This document shows positions 1 to 13,400 of a DNA stretch of 64,000 bases, in pieces. The DNA lies in NCBI GenBank assembly GCA_013115145.1, contig JAAPAO010000098.1, positions 14,519-78,518 on the forward strand, given 5' to 3'. The translations under genes and the position numbers were made by a program. The notes beneath the pieces were generated by a model. The model made no database searches and had not been told where the DNA came from. It saw nothing but the letters and a program-made list of their open reading frames with translations. Position 1 is the stretch's first letter; every line of letters starts with the position of its first letter. Source of the DNA: Perkinsus chesapeaki ATCC PRA-425. Taxonomy: Eukaryota > Protista > Perkinsozoa.

Positions 1-460
1 GTGGCTCATAGCAGGGAGTCTATTCCCCCTGAGCACTAACTTTCTTGGTGTGACTTGAGGCATAGTCCATGCCGCATAGATAGCGCTGATCTATTTGCTA
101 GCCTTCCATCTGCAGTTGCCCATCCGTCGTGCAGAATCTGGAATTTACTGCCAAACATCCGTGACCCATTCCTCTGCATCCACTGTGCATCCGGTCTCTC
201 TATGATGATGAGACGGTAGGTATGCTGGTATGCAATAGTGGAGCATTGCGAAACAGAGGAGAGCTATAAGTTACTCCAGAGTGCAGCTCTGCGGCTCGTG
301 TATGCGTGGTTTCGTACAAGGGGGCTAGGCGGGAAATAGATTGTGTGTGTGAGAGTTTATAGTCCAACGCCGAAAATTGGCTTAGTTAGACTATCCATTC
401 TCTGTGCAGCTTCAGAGCGAGAATTTAATACCTAAACTGTTAAATAGATTGTATTATTGT

Positions 461-558
461 ACCAATAACGTCTGCTGTGTCGCTGCCCTTATGTGTCGAC
501 CATAGATTACCAATAACGTCTGCTGTGTCGCTGCCCTTATGTGTCAACCATAGATTAC
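461..558. repeat. 48-bp tandem duplication
   Basis: accaataacgtctgctgtgtcgctgcccttatgtgtc(g/a)accatagatt twice, one mismatch. Confidence 0.9.
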
Positions 559-878
559 TTCAGGATAACACACGATGTGCCCCAGAGCGAAACAATTAAT
601 TCCCTCGTCGCTACAGCAGGCTGCCAATACAAAGAGGATGGGTCGTTTACCACTTGCTCGCACTAACGTGACTGACCTTGCACTGTTCGTGGAAGCTATG
701 GAACTTTTTCGAATTTCATGTGAAACTTCGACAATACGCTCAGCATCGGAACCTCCGCTCCGGAAGGTACCATCCAAGTGTAATTAAACCGATGGCCACC
801 GGCAACGTGGCTTGGTAAGCGAGGCTTTCAACGAGACAGTTACAAGTTAATCACTCTTTACATGTCGAGTTTGTCACC

Positions 879-1217
879 TCAGAGTCCGGAGGCCACCAAC
901 ATGGTGCGAACTCTGCACTCGCGTTTTAGTATTCTCATGAAGCCATTGTAATCGCCCTTACTATCAGGGTCGATATGATATGGGTAATCAATAGTATATA
1001 GAGTGTATGTCCGACCACGGACCGTCGCTTCCTCTGTAACAGTTTTAGGGTGATTGATGTCGTTGAATCGCAGCTCAATACACGTCCACGTGTCAATCCC
1101 TGCAAAATATGTCCTTTTCAGGTCGAGGCCCAAACACATAGTGGTGGCCGATACTTGAAAGATGACCAGATTACCAGGGATTTTGAAGACCATGAGGCAA
1201 TTGTAAATAAACTGCAC
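879..1217 (-). CDS. hypothetical protein (probably part of a spliced gene)
   Basis: 112-aa ORF of protein-like composition; no recognised motif. Confidence 0.3.
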   Translation of the reverse strand: MQFIYNCLMVFKIPGNLVIFQVSATTMCLGLDLKRTYFAGIDTWTCIELRFNDINHPKTVTEEATVRGRTYTLYTIDYPYHIDPDSKGDYNGFMRILKRECRVRTMLVASGL

Positions 1218-1840
1218 TGAGCCGATTGATCGTCAGGGTGCTGAAGGGATAATATCGCAAGTTATCTGTAGCTCGACAACAGACCTATAGTGACTGAATG
1301 ACAGAATGGGATATCCAGCATTTCCGCGAGTTCCTTATTGGAGGGTCGGAGAGTGGGTTCGAAGTTCGAACCTAAGTTCCCTGAAACAGCTTCAGCGAAC
1401 CTGCGATTCAGATGGTACGCTGGACTCATATTCAGAGATGCGGGAAGCTCCCTAGTGGGCTTTCAATAAGCACACATATATTCACGATTAACATCACGGT
1501 TGCAACAGAAGTTTCGTTACCGGGGGGTTTGTTATAAAACCCCCGGAATCCTGGGCAAGGATGTCAGCGAAACCTTCCAGTGATAACCAGACTGGAGAAT
1601 AAACCATTCCACTTCAAGAGAATGGGTAATACCCATTGAGTATATCGAAGTTTACTTTGGTTATAACTAGCACTCGGTAGTAACCCCTAGCGGAGGCCTC
1701 CCATGAGCTAATGTGAGTAATGGATTCAGGCATCTCTAACAAACTCAAACCATTCCGAGTCTGACATCTTTAATCTTCAACAAGAATGCGCTGTTAAGCC
1801 TACTGTGAGCGGCCTCCAGTGGAGGCCCTCCACTATATTT

Positions 1841-2962
1841 TCAACTACTCAACCAACCTTGAGCAAGCTCTACGTACTCTCCTATGGTAACCGTTTGCGA
1901 CTTCAAATCGAAAGACGCAAAGTAGTTCGAGAAGAACGGGCACCCAAGTATAACTTCAGGCTCGTCAGAATGAATGATTGCGAGGATGCACCATCCACTA
2001 TCGCATTTGGCCACGTACTTTGAAGGTGGAATGTGTATATTAAAAGGATGTTGTCAATCACCCACTGAGAACGTCAACACTGGCAAGAAGTCCAAGCCCT
2101 TCTCCTCTATGAACCAAGTGTTCCGGGAAGTCTTAACATACACGTCCGAACCATTGTCGGCACTTGTGAAAGTTACAATTTGATTCAACACCGTCTCAAA
2201 TATCGCCTTTGGCAGAGCGACAGAATAAGCTCCTGTGTCGTATACGAGAGACCTTTGGGGTGTTTCACGAGTGAATATATGACCTGTAGAGCTAATAAGA
2301 CCGAACGAGGAAAGGACCGAGTCGAAGAAGGCCCACTTGTGAGGCTCAGTCATCGGAATTGTGGTAAGAGTTGGCTTGACCTTACACAGCCCTTTCCAGT
2401 CACCAAATATCAACGTGCCTTTGAACGAGAGCACATGACCGGGGGAGCAAATCGTCACCGCGTATTGCTTGATGAGCCCGTTGCGGAAGAGTTGTCTTGG
2501 GACAGTCTCGGGACTGGGACCAGTAGGAAAACCGAGACCGAGGAAGTTCTTGGGTTTTCCATTTGGTATTCGGTCGCCAGGAGAGAAGCCGATAATCAAG
2601 CGAAATGTCATGGTCATCTGGGACTTACCAATAGAAGCAGTTCCTTGATGTAAAACTGAAGTTATTTCCGAGCCATCAGAGAATGTGCGGACGTCCCTCT
2701 CCTTATCATAAGGGTCGCATTTCTCAGGACAAGAGTAGCAGCCTGGCTCAAACGTCTTACATGAACCCTTCCCGTACACTTCCTCATACCAATCTTTATA
2801 CACCACAAATGTCCCACTGAGGCCAGTGTCCATGAACATTTTGAGCGGTTCACTGTCTAGGCTCACTCCCGTAACAATACCATCGTCGAAAGGCAATGAT
2901 AACTGGCCGTGAACATGGAGTTGCAAACTAGCGAAGCATATACCGATAGTTGTAGTTCGCAT
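1841..2962 (-). pseudogene. pepsin-like (A1) aspartyl protease, intronless, with in-frame TGA at 2054-2056
   Basis: Signal-like MRTTTIGICFASLQLHVHG; both catalytic motifs FMDTGLS and VYDTGAY; same frame continues past TGA as QHPFNIHIPPSKYVAKC...VILGCPFFSNYFASFDLKSQTVTIG (A1 C-terminal ILG..F..YF..FD motif). Confidence 0.85.
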
Positions 2963-4064
2963 AATAACTACCGCGTGGAAGCTGTGCTGCAAGCGGAGCT
3001 CAGTTGCAGTCGAAAATAGACACCGCACACTGGTGACGTGACACTATCTACTACAGTAGAATTTGTCACCTAACGTTGCTTAACCTGCATTCCTGAAAGC
3101 CCTTTAACTTGGTTAAGTCCCGTCGGCGTACAGGTCTCGGGTGCAATGATGGACACAGATTTCTCCTAGTAGCCGAGCTATTACCATGGCCTCAGGTAAG
3201 ACCAGCATAGCAATAGATGGTGGACCCGCTGATATGGCATGAAGACAGATGCTTTGATAAAGGTAGCTAAACTTGTGTGTATGTAGAGTTCTTTTCAGGC
3301 GGTTACTAAACGACAACTTGTCGACGACAGGGCTCGCTCGACGAGTTTATTTTCGATGCCTTTCTATATTTTCCTCTTACGCATGAACTCGGCACCCGTA
3401 AACAACGTTTATCAATGGGTGCCACCCACTGGGCGGTGCCGTCGGCGGAAAGGGCGGGTGGCAAGATTAGCTTGATGGCTCGAGACTCGAGCTTCAAGTT
3501 TCATATCTGGTTGATCTCGGAACACTCTCTACATTGTAGATCATATTCCTACGGCTACCTTCTTCCGTTGTACCCACGTGCCGTGGCAATCACCGCTCGC
3601 CTCCATGCGTACTTACACACAATCGCCGTCGTGTGCCCTCATTCAATGTGTTGAGGTCGTCGAATATTTTCGGTAGCATCTAACGCCATCGCACAAACGG
3701 AGTATTTGACGAACCGTAATGCCTCAGATCTTGATTCAGAATCTGGCATATAACGTCGAAGCCAACCCTGTTTCTCAACCGTCGGTGACTAGAAGTTCCT
3801 GCAAAAGCTCAGGTTGAGCCGCTCAATCATTGTTAGCAGTTGTGTTTCGAGCGAATGGGTAGAAAGCAAATAAACGGTCAATAATGTTGCAGAACAATGA
3901 GCCTTTGACGCTGATAACAGTTGCTCGCGATGATCTGTTATACAAGTGATCTCTTGCACTGATGCTTGTGTCATTTCACCTCGGATCTCCAGTTCAGGTT
4001 ATGCCTCCCACTACTGGAGGAACAAACAACGTATACATATCCAGAAACAACACATAGAAACATG

Positions 4065-5819
4065 CTAAGATCTCTCCTGTTGAAGGCGAAGCGCAATATC
4101 GTATAAGAGGACGCCACCAGCAATTGAAGCGTTGAGGGAATCAGCTGCCTGAGAAGCAAAGACAGACTGTATGGCTAGTAGCTCGGGCACGCCCCACCAT
4201 GGACATCGGTAAAGTGACTCTGGTGCAGCACTCGAGCAGCTCGGAAGAAGGCCCGTGAGCCTCACTGCCAACGACAACCATCACACCTTTATAACTGAAA
4301 CACACAAAGTCTAGTGGCGGGCGGGTTAACCTAACGGTACGCAACTGAGAAGACCACGAACGATGGAAATTTCAGTATGGCTAGGAGTACGTCAGGAAGA
4401 CCGAGTGTCGAAGAATACCAAGCATGAAGTGAACGAATATCACGCGTTGGGAATATTCCACGAGTGCCGACCGATGTGTAGCTTCTCTCTCGAACGGCAA
4501 GCGCCATACTCACCCAGCGGCTATAGTTTGGAGGCTGCTGACTGTAGGGAGTGGCTCGGTTCCTTGCTTCCCCACCCCGGCGGAAGTTGCCACAACTGGA
4601 AGTAGGTTGCGAGCGGAACAGAACTTGAGGACACGCAGAGAGTCAACGCCCGTATGAATCGGCAACTTGTTCCAGTGCCTGAATATTACAAATTTGAGAA
4701 AACGATAAGTAAACCAGAGCGCCACTGATGGTGGTGATGCGCTCACTTTGCTCCGCTCTCTTCCAGAACCTTCCAATCCCACGGATCACAGGAACCCGGA
4801 GTTAGCACAACTCTGGAAACTCTGATAAAAACGTTAATGCTGCCAAGTATGGCAGCACGAGGAAATACCTCAACGCTGAAGCCGTTTTCAGTAGTCTTCC
4901 GATATTGTCGGTGTACTGGAGTCCGTCCAAGCATAGAACCTAAGCAAAATGTGGCTATGTTAAACTGGACACACTGCTCACAATTTCCGGGTAGCTCTCG
5001 GTCTCTTGCGACTGGTCGAACGAACATGTACCACGTTCCCAGTCCATTTCTCCAAATTTAGGTATTTCAATATCCGCCACACAAAGCCGCTCGTCCGTCA
5101 CTCCGTAAAGATGTGCGTTGAAGTGATGGTTGTAGGTTATGTGCCTACAAGTGATAGGAATGTCACATCTGTGTTATGGAAACTCTTGCAAGAATTGAAC
5201 GTAAGAGAATAGACTTCAGTCTTAGAGGACGAGGCCGAACTGAGGCTGTAAAAAGACAGCAAACGCAAGCACACGGGGGAAAACCGGTTATGGAATGTGT
5301 TGTGAGAACTGTTCACTAGAAAGGCCTTCTAAGAATGCGAACTATCTCCCAAAGTCGCACGAAGAGACGTAATACGATAAGTTGTCGTCGATTGTTGTCG
5401 TCGAGAACAACACTCTTATTACTAGACTCTAGTACTTAGGCGTACTGGGATCTTTATAACTAACAACCTTCAGGTCAACACACTTAAGGGGGTCTTCACA
5501 TAATTCATCAGTAACGTGGAGATTAGGAATCACCAACCAATCGAAACCCTTCCAAATCTGGTGGTAGCCTTATCAGTAAAAGTATCAAGGTTCTTAGTAA
5601 AGTATTTGGTGTCCTTGGCTCAGCGTAAAACGTTTCAAAAAGCAGAACGGAAAGTCCGTCACGGAATCTAGCTTTGAGAACTCGCTTTACTAAAGACACG
5701 GTAGACGAATTTTCGGAAGGAGTAATTGCTGAACGGTTCAAATCTAACCAGTAGATTTCACCTTCTTGGATGCCGAAGATCAAGCTGCTGGTGACTGTAC
5801 CTCGCTCGCGGAGCGACAT
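4065..5819 (-). CDS. SpoU/TrmH-family RNA 2'-O-methyltransferase, multi-exon; 5' end uncertain (may extend to ~7350)
   Basis: Exons encode VLCLDGLQYTDNIGRLLKTASA, VVLTPGSCDPWDWKV, VVVGSEAHGPS, TRVTLPM, ADSLNASIAGGVLLY (SPOUT motifs 1-3). Confidence 0.8.
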
Positions 5820-7385
5820 TTGGGAATTTTGCGAGAGTCATGTGCACGAAGGTATCAGCGATGTCTATGCTAAAGATAGTGTGTCAGAGCGTTTCGTCTG
5901 TAGAACATAAAGTGTCACCCAAGCTACGTGTTCAGTATGGTTGGGTCGATAAATCTGACCCACTAAGCCTGGCTAGTCTAAGGCTTAGACTCTAAGCAAT
6001 AAAATAGACCGGCTAGTCTAAGTGTTGATTCAGCACTGCTGGATCGTCTGCTGACTGATTATTCGCAACTCGCGAACTGCGGGGATACTCCTCGGGGGAT
6101 CTGCATCAGTTATCTTGCATCTTGATCCAAAATATTCATCACTCGCTGAGAGCTCTAGTGTTCGCTAGTATGCCAGCCATACTCTCCAGCTAACGTAGGC
6201 AACTTACACAGCTTCACTAGGCCAAAAGGCTAGTGACTTACTAAGTCACTGCCAAGTGACGCCCTAATAGCACGCCACTATTAATACTAGCAAAGGCACA
6301 GTCTTCAGCAACATGACGATCACTGGCAGTGATTGATTCACTGACGTTGTAGTGCCCTGTAGCAAGAGCTGCTCACATAGGCTACAATAACAAAAGAAAA
6401 GACTTCAAGCGTGGCTAAGAACAGATCATGAGGGACAGAATAGACTTCTAGTGATTTAGTTTGAGGGAAAGAGTATGTCCAGCCTACTCTAAAAGATCCC
6501 TTGGGACTCTGAGAGTCCGATTAGCAAGTATATGATTGTTGCTCATCAGGCCTGGATTCTCGGCCACTACCATAAGCGTATCGAACTGAAAAGAACATAT
6601 GGCTATTTAAGCAGACTTGACTTTCCCGATAGCCTCCACAGTCCCCATTATCGCGGAGGAGTTCTAAGCATCTGGGCTGTCCTCTATTCTCACCTTTTTC
6701 CCGGATGCGGCGATCGCCCGTATTGTGTCAAGTCCCTTAACAAACACTCGATCTTGCTCTTCTCTGAATTTATGACTTTTCCGTAGTCGCACAATGTACT
6801 TAGTAAAACTGAGTGATGAGAATAACACCCAACCGGATATCTTAATCTCACCTGTTGGTCCGAGATACAAAGTCATATTGTATGCCAGGATCGAGACGGA
6901 TTTCTGGAACTGGTTCTGGCTCACCACGCCAGAGAGAGCCTTTCTTATTCAGGCGCAATGATGGCAAACGTCGCCATCGAAACATCAGGAACTTAGTATG
7001 CAAAAACTACTGAGGGTCTTCTTTCTGCTTGTCGTTGTCCCCTCGAGCCCTTTAGTGAACACAACGAGAAAAAAGCGCCATACCGAGATCATGATCTCCT
7101 ACTCGAAGACTAAGCTTAGCAACGGTTGTTTTAGTAGCGTTATTGTGAGATCATAATATTCAATAATGAGTCTACTCCTATCGCACCTTCTTAACATCGT
7201 TGAAGAGATGACATGCCGCGTTATCTAGTGCTTGCACGCCTGAGAGCAAATAGCAACCTCTGATTGCCTCGCGTCTCTCCACATGTGACCGCTTAGACAA
7301 GATATTTCCTGACAGCGTATTCCTCCGGTCACTCTTCAATGGGACTTTCATCAAGCCTAGCGGCGCGTTGCACACTCGTCTACAG

Positions 7386-10153
7386 TCACGTGGAATGCGA
7401 AAGATGCCCCGCATTTTCCTCGCCAAACACGTAGAGACTCGCACACCTACAGACTCCCAAGCGTCCCGCGTCGTAGAACTAACGGCTCACAGACGCTCAC
7501 CAAGGATGTTATGTCGTATGACTGGCAGCCTGGTTATTCCTACGCCTCCACCAACTCCTTCAATAAGTCTTGCCGCCTGTTTGGAACTCTCAAATACCAG
7601 CCTTCTCTGAGTGTCAAGTGCATCTTGAGCCTAAGCAACACTCATGGATTGATATAGCAAGCTATTCATTTTCCATCGAGATTGACGCAAAACGCTGAGG
7701 GTGCGATAGCATCTCGTGTGCACTCATACAAGATCGATCTCCTCCGTGGAAAAGTCACCAAGTCCACCTGTCTTGCTCATCTCCTTCAGCTTGCTCGATG
7801 CCCCCCGATACCTAACACCCCAGCTCAGCAAACGAGGTTATCGAAGCCCTCTCATCGCGATGGCTTAATCTAGCACGAAGAGTATGCTCAGGCAAAAGCC
7901 GCCAGGGAGCTAGAAGGGCTCGCCAGCCGGTCCTGCCCAGTAGACGAATTCGCAAAGTCGTCCGAGACATGACGAAGGTTGGCATCCCTGGCTACATCTC
8001 GATGAGTTTCTCTACATCTGCAGCACTATCAACCAATACCGGCGGCATCTGGTTGATCATGACCTGTTCAATCTTGATACCAGCCAAAGGCAGAGCCTAT
8101 CGGATGAAGTAATTCGAAGAGAGCGCGAATTCTGCACCGACCTCGAGCAGCCTCAGGGACTCGTCGACACCAAGCTGAGTTGGAATTGATACCACGATCT
8201 GAGCATTCACTGAGCGAGCGTCGACGAAATTCTCACAAATCCGGACTCTCCAGCGTTTTGAAGCACTCCGTTTAGGTTGTTAATGCCTTGTTGGAACTCC
8301 TCCACTCTCTCACGGGCCTGCAGCCGATTCAATGGTAACATTTCTGGAACAGCCATCACCTTTTTCAATCTTTCCTGTATTATTTCCGGTGCGTGTTCGG
8401 AGCTCTTGCCAAGAATGGTATCTAACCAGCTGCCAGAGCCCGACGCTAGTTGTGAGCACTGGGCTCACTGTAGGCCGTTTGCAGTGGAGTGAACGCCGAT
8501 AGCGCCGACGATACCCTAGCACATCACGTCAATGTTACAACCGTCAGGTTCGGCTGAACGACGCTACTTGTCGTAGACCTGCGTGCTTGTCGTGAGCGCT
8601 GCTTGAATAAATGTCGGAAGTGTTAATAGCCTCAACGTGTGGCCTGTAGGGGCGGTATCGATTACTATTCTATCGAACTCGGCATACCTACAAAGGTGCA
8701 GTGAGATTTCTACACCACGAAATCGGTCGAAGTGTGGTTTGTTATACGAATCACACTTCGGCCGATGTGCCATAGTGTGTAACTTCGACCGATAGTAGTT
8801 CATGCGAGTTTCGAATAAGTCCCCCATGAGCTCGCGCGCACATAGAAGTCACTGTAGACGGATGTATAACGGCAAAGCATCGAGTCTCACAAGGCGACTG
8901 GGAAGAAGTGACTTTGGTGAATGCCTGGCTAGTTGCTCACTGTGAACTGTGCAGGAGCTGCATCAGCCTGGCAATGGCAACCACTTCGTCCATGCCAGGA
9001 GGAGCAGTGGAGGCCTTGGTTATGCTGTCAACAATACCGCCAATCTCGCGTTCTATCGGAGTGGTATCGATGCCAACCTTGGACGCTATTGACCTGTCGA
9101 CAGCGGCTATCGTCTCGCTCGAGCAGAAGTGGGGGACCTCATATCAAGACCGGTCACCTTTTGAACGTTATCGATTGAGACCGCCTCAGCAAAGTCCTTA
9201 AGAGCTCCTTCTGCATCAATCTCTAAACCGTACAAGGATTCCTGAACCAACTCTGCCACCAAGGAAGCAGTCTCTTTGACTAATTGAATAAAATTGAGAG
9301 TCCTACAAAGGGTATCTATGCAGTATATCGTGAAAGTATCAAGTGACTGATCAACGGTGTCTCGTGGTAGACAATGGGGTCGGACGTTTGGAATAACTGC
9401 TGTCCAAAGACGAGTGGCGATATGAAAGTCGGAAAACAGGATAACATTATCACGAGTAGATACTTCGACAACCGATGGTCATCGACCGCCGCACATGCTA
9501 GCTGGGTAAGTGCTATATCAATTCCGAAAGATGACCCTCTAAATGAGGCTCCTAGAGGGTTGAGAGCACTTGGTTATGTAAGAAAATTCAATTTGAAATG
9601 TCCTAGGCGTCGAATAGGCAGGTAATAAGGAATACACACTTCTATTAGTGTAGGCTCTCCCTTCAATTTAACTTCTAATGCATCCGAAAGACTATGTGCA
9701 GGATCAGTAGATACACACAGTGTACCTAATGCATATATAAAACGACAAACCCAATCAACTGGGCTTACGCAAACCACTTCGACCGAAGCGCACCGCCAGA
9801 GCGGCTGCCCAGGTTGTCTTGCCAACGCCTCCCTTACCTCCTGAAGAAACGGGTTTTTCTAACATGGCCGTTGTGACGAGTACTTCCACGATTTCGTATG
9901 TTCAATATCCAGCGACTATATAGACTGTTCACAAAACATAATAAGGATTTCGCCGAATTCAATGGCAATAAGTCGATGAACGACTTGGGGAAAACTCACC
10001 AACGAAAAGATACTTCGGAGCTTCTTTATCAAGCAGGCGATCTAAGTAGATATCTGGCTGCTTTCCGGATGGTGTCGAATAACGACGAAGAGTAGAGGAA
10101 AGCACTCGAGGGAGCCCGAAAGAGCCACAGCGCCTCATTATCATCGCTGTCAT
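7386..10153 (-). CDS. GET3: ArsA/GET3-family ATPase with N-terminal mitochondrial-type presequence, multi-exon
   Basis: KYLFVG|GKGGVGKTT P-loop, STDPAHSLSD, PPGMDEVVA, IVIDTAPTGHTLRLL, VSIPTQLGVDESLRLL; N-terminus MTAMIMRRCGSFGLPRVLSSTLRRYST. 3' exons less certain. Confidence 0.9.
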
Positions 10154-10409
10154 TATAAAGATGATATCAACACAGGAAAGACTAGTCTTTGCGGTAGACC
10201 GGCAACCGTGGCTATTATAATTTTTAACCCAATCAATTTCCTCGAGATGACTGATCTGGTGCAACTGCTACGTCCCTGAAACTGTATCGAGCCTCTAAGC
10301 TTGAGAGTCTAAGGCTTGTATTGAATACAACTCAACGCTAACAACATATTAAAAGAAAACAATTAAACAGTAATGGTAACGGACACGATACGAACAGAGA
10401 TACTTTACT

Positions 10410-13400
10410 TCAACTGTCACATTCCTCCAGAATCATCTCCGCCATTTTCCCAGCCAAATCACCGATCTCTTCTGCGTGCTCGCTGAGGAGCGCTTGAAGC
10501 CTCTAAAAATGCACGCCGATGCGACCATAGACCAACTCGCGAGGAAGTCAAAATGTGCCAATCGATTCTATCGAAAAACGAAAATCTTCACCAAATTGCG
10601 CAGCGAGCGGAGCGTAAACTTTCACGTCACACTTTGGTGCATGCGTGCAAACAGAGCGATCTAGGGAGGCTACGACTACATGCTTTATATCGTCTGATAA
10701 CTCTTAGGTCTGGGGATCGAACCCGCGAACCTCCTACAGAATTTAATGAGGACTCGCCGAGATCAGTGCCTCAAGTGGCAAGACTTGACAAAACGATCAC
10801 GAAGAAGGTTTGTAACATTACAGTACGTTCTACACGTAGCGCTCCCAAGTTCGAAGGGTGGAACCTCGGTTCTCGAAAACATCCGTGAAAAGTGTATCCT
10901 GCATATCTAACTGATTCATCTTTCCTCACCTTGTCCTCGAATGAGCCTTCCAACAACCATCTGTGAATGCCGTGAAGACTTTGTTGTATGAGCCGTGCCG
11001 TTGGCTCATCCTCCCCGCTTAAAGTTGGTAGATCATTCCACTGAAAGGAAAGACGAAAAGCTGAGCACACTTGAACGGCTCTTAGAGCGAATTTAAAATT
11101 CGTTCCAGCCGAGTTCTCGAGTCCCATATTGTGACATGCTTCGCTATTCAAGGTCCCCCCTCAAATTGAGAAAAACGCTTGGGGAAATAATCCGCATTTT
11201 ATTCACTTTCGTCTATACACACAATCGAGGGAAATGAGAGAGTGGTACGATCACTCTAACAGTCGCGTAAACATAATCGAAGACAACTTGACAATCTCAC
11301 CTTCTCCTTCTCCATTGAAACAAATCGTTCGATAAGCGGCCAATACATGGAGTCAGTGAAGTAAGCCATAGCAGTCGAGTTCTTGGACAAGTAACTTGTA
11401 CCAGCAACAATGTCACTGCGCCACGATATTCCTTCTCACCTCGTTCGAGTGGTACTCTCGTTTTCGATGAGGTCTATTAAAGTCGAGCCCAGAGAGTTAA
11501 ATGCCGTTCGCGTCTCATCAGGTGCCCATGGATTCTCCACCTATGTAGGATCGTCATTTCTGATTGAAAAAGCGTAAAGAAGCTCCAACCTGCTCCAACG
11601 ACGATGTGCATGCGGCCAGATCAGCGGCAGCCCAAGCTTGCAAAAGTACAGGCGACGCCGTCAAGCTTCGTATCTACCCACGAAACTTCCCAAACGCTTC
11701 GCCATGCCATCTCGGCTACCAGTTCATCCGAGGCGTCCTCACCAGCAGAGACCTCAACGTCGCTGACAGCCGCTAGATACTGGGAGAGATGATGAGCAAA
11801 CAGCTGGGGGGAATCCAGTACGATCGGCCACCGACTTTCCCAGAAATAACTAAATTGAAGATAATAATCGGTAACCAGGACGGGAGCTTCTTACTCTCCT
11901 AATTTTTTGGCAAAGTTGAAATCGAGCTTTCTCCGAAGTTCGCTAGCGTTCTCCTGGCCAGCTTCGGCCAGCCATCGATCGAACACCGTCTGGCAATGCT
12001 TCCAGATATCCACAAACCTCGCAATCGCCCACTCTGGCCGATCCAAGCGATTCGTACCTTCACAAAGATAACTGTAAACTCTACGGCGCGAAGAGATCCG
12101 CCGCAAACATCGAGGTTCTAGGAATACGTATAGTTCCCGCAATCTAGAGGTCGAAACTGTTCAGTGCAAGGGCCCTCGACTATGGCGAGTTTTGAGGTGA
12201 GATTTGGAATGTAAAAACCTATAACTATATTATTTTGGAAAGCTGGTTGCGCAGGCCGAACTCTCGGAAAGTCTCTAACGTAACGAAAATGAGTCGAAAT
12301 CGAATAATAATCGACACGGGAGGTAGAATTAATTTCGAAATGCCAAAAAATTCTGCACCGAAATTCATTTAAGATGATGTAGGAATACTCCACAATATGA
12401 AACTGCTAAACTAGGAGCGTTTACAGATGCGTGACAGAAGTCCCCGAATTCCCGCTGCGCCACAAAACTGCCCCACGAAACTGCCCAGTCTTACTTGCCC
12501 CTTCCCTCGCAAAATGATAGAGGAATCTTTGCTGCAATAATTTCTTCGTCAGAGCTTCAAACGACCAACAGCCGCCGTCGGAGGAGGGGGATCCTGAGCA
12601 TTCAGATGGTCGAGTGATGGTGATGATAAAACGCAGGATCGTACGAGGACTTTTCCAGAACCGACAGTCGACTATTCTCTTCCTACCAATAAGTAGAAAC
12701 CAACGCATCCCAAATCGCCATTCCTAGGACATTTAAATCAGATTTTTCCCGCCAGCCGAGACGACACAAACAAGCCGCACGAATCCTTCTACCGAGGGGC
12801 TCCTCACCTGTCTTTAACACTTCACTATATACCTCCTGCAGCTGGTCTAATATAACCACCAAGCCAATAACATCTTTTCCTGTAACTGGTGGGGATCTAG
12901 GCCGACTCAGGGACTCCACTGTAACCGTTGACATCATCCATTCCCATGAACTCGTCACCAAATCCTGTCAGCAAGCAACGCCCCAAATACGTTCATAATT
13001 CCGCCGCTCTCGATAAGCACAGCTAACCACTCAAACGTGAATCCTATCGTACGCATGCGCACTGACAGTCTTTTCGGTGAAAACCGAAAAAATACCGGAA
13101 TTTTCGGTAAATTTAGTCAGTAGTGTTGGAGTACGAATATGTTACCGAGGGAAGGAATTCTTGATGAAATTTTACTCTGTTGGATTTTTGCATCTCCGAC
13201 CATTGAAGACTGTCTCATATATGTCGATTCCGCGAGGTAGAGCCCAACCGAGAGAGGCAGCCGACGACACTGTTAGTCACAATTTCCTTACCCTGGCAAC
13301 TAATGCAGAAATGCTTGGACATACATTCCCTTCTATTTTCCGTATAATAGGCGGGAGCTTCGCGCTTCTCTCGCAGGGAACCCTTCAAGCTTCTAGCTTA

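Noticed and set aside
1356-1828. 8-bp palindromes with 1-nt spacer (1356-1372, 1812-1828) and hairpin 1520-1546
   Set aside because: About one such 8-bp palindrome is expected by chance per window; no shared sequence.
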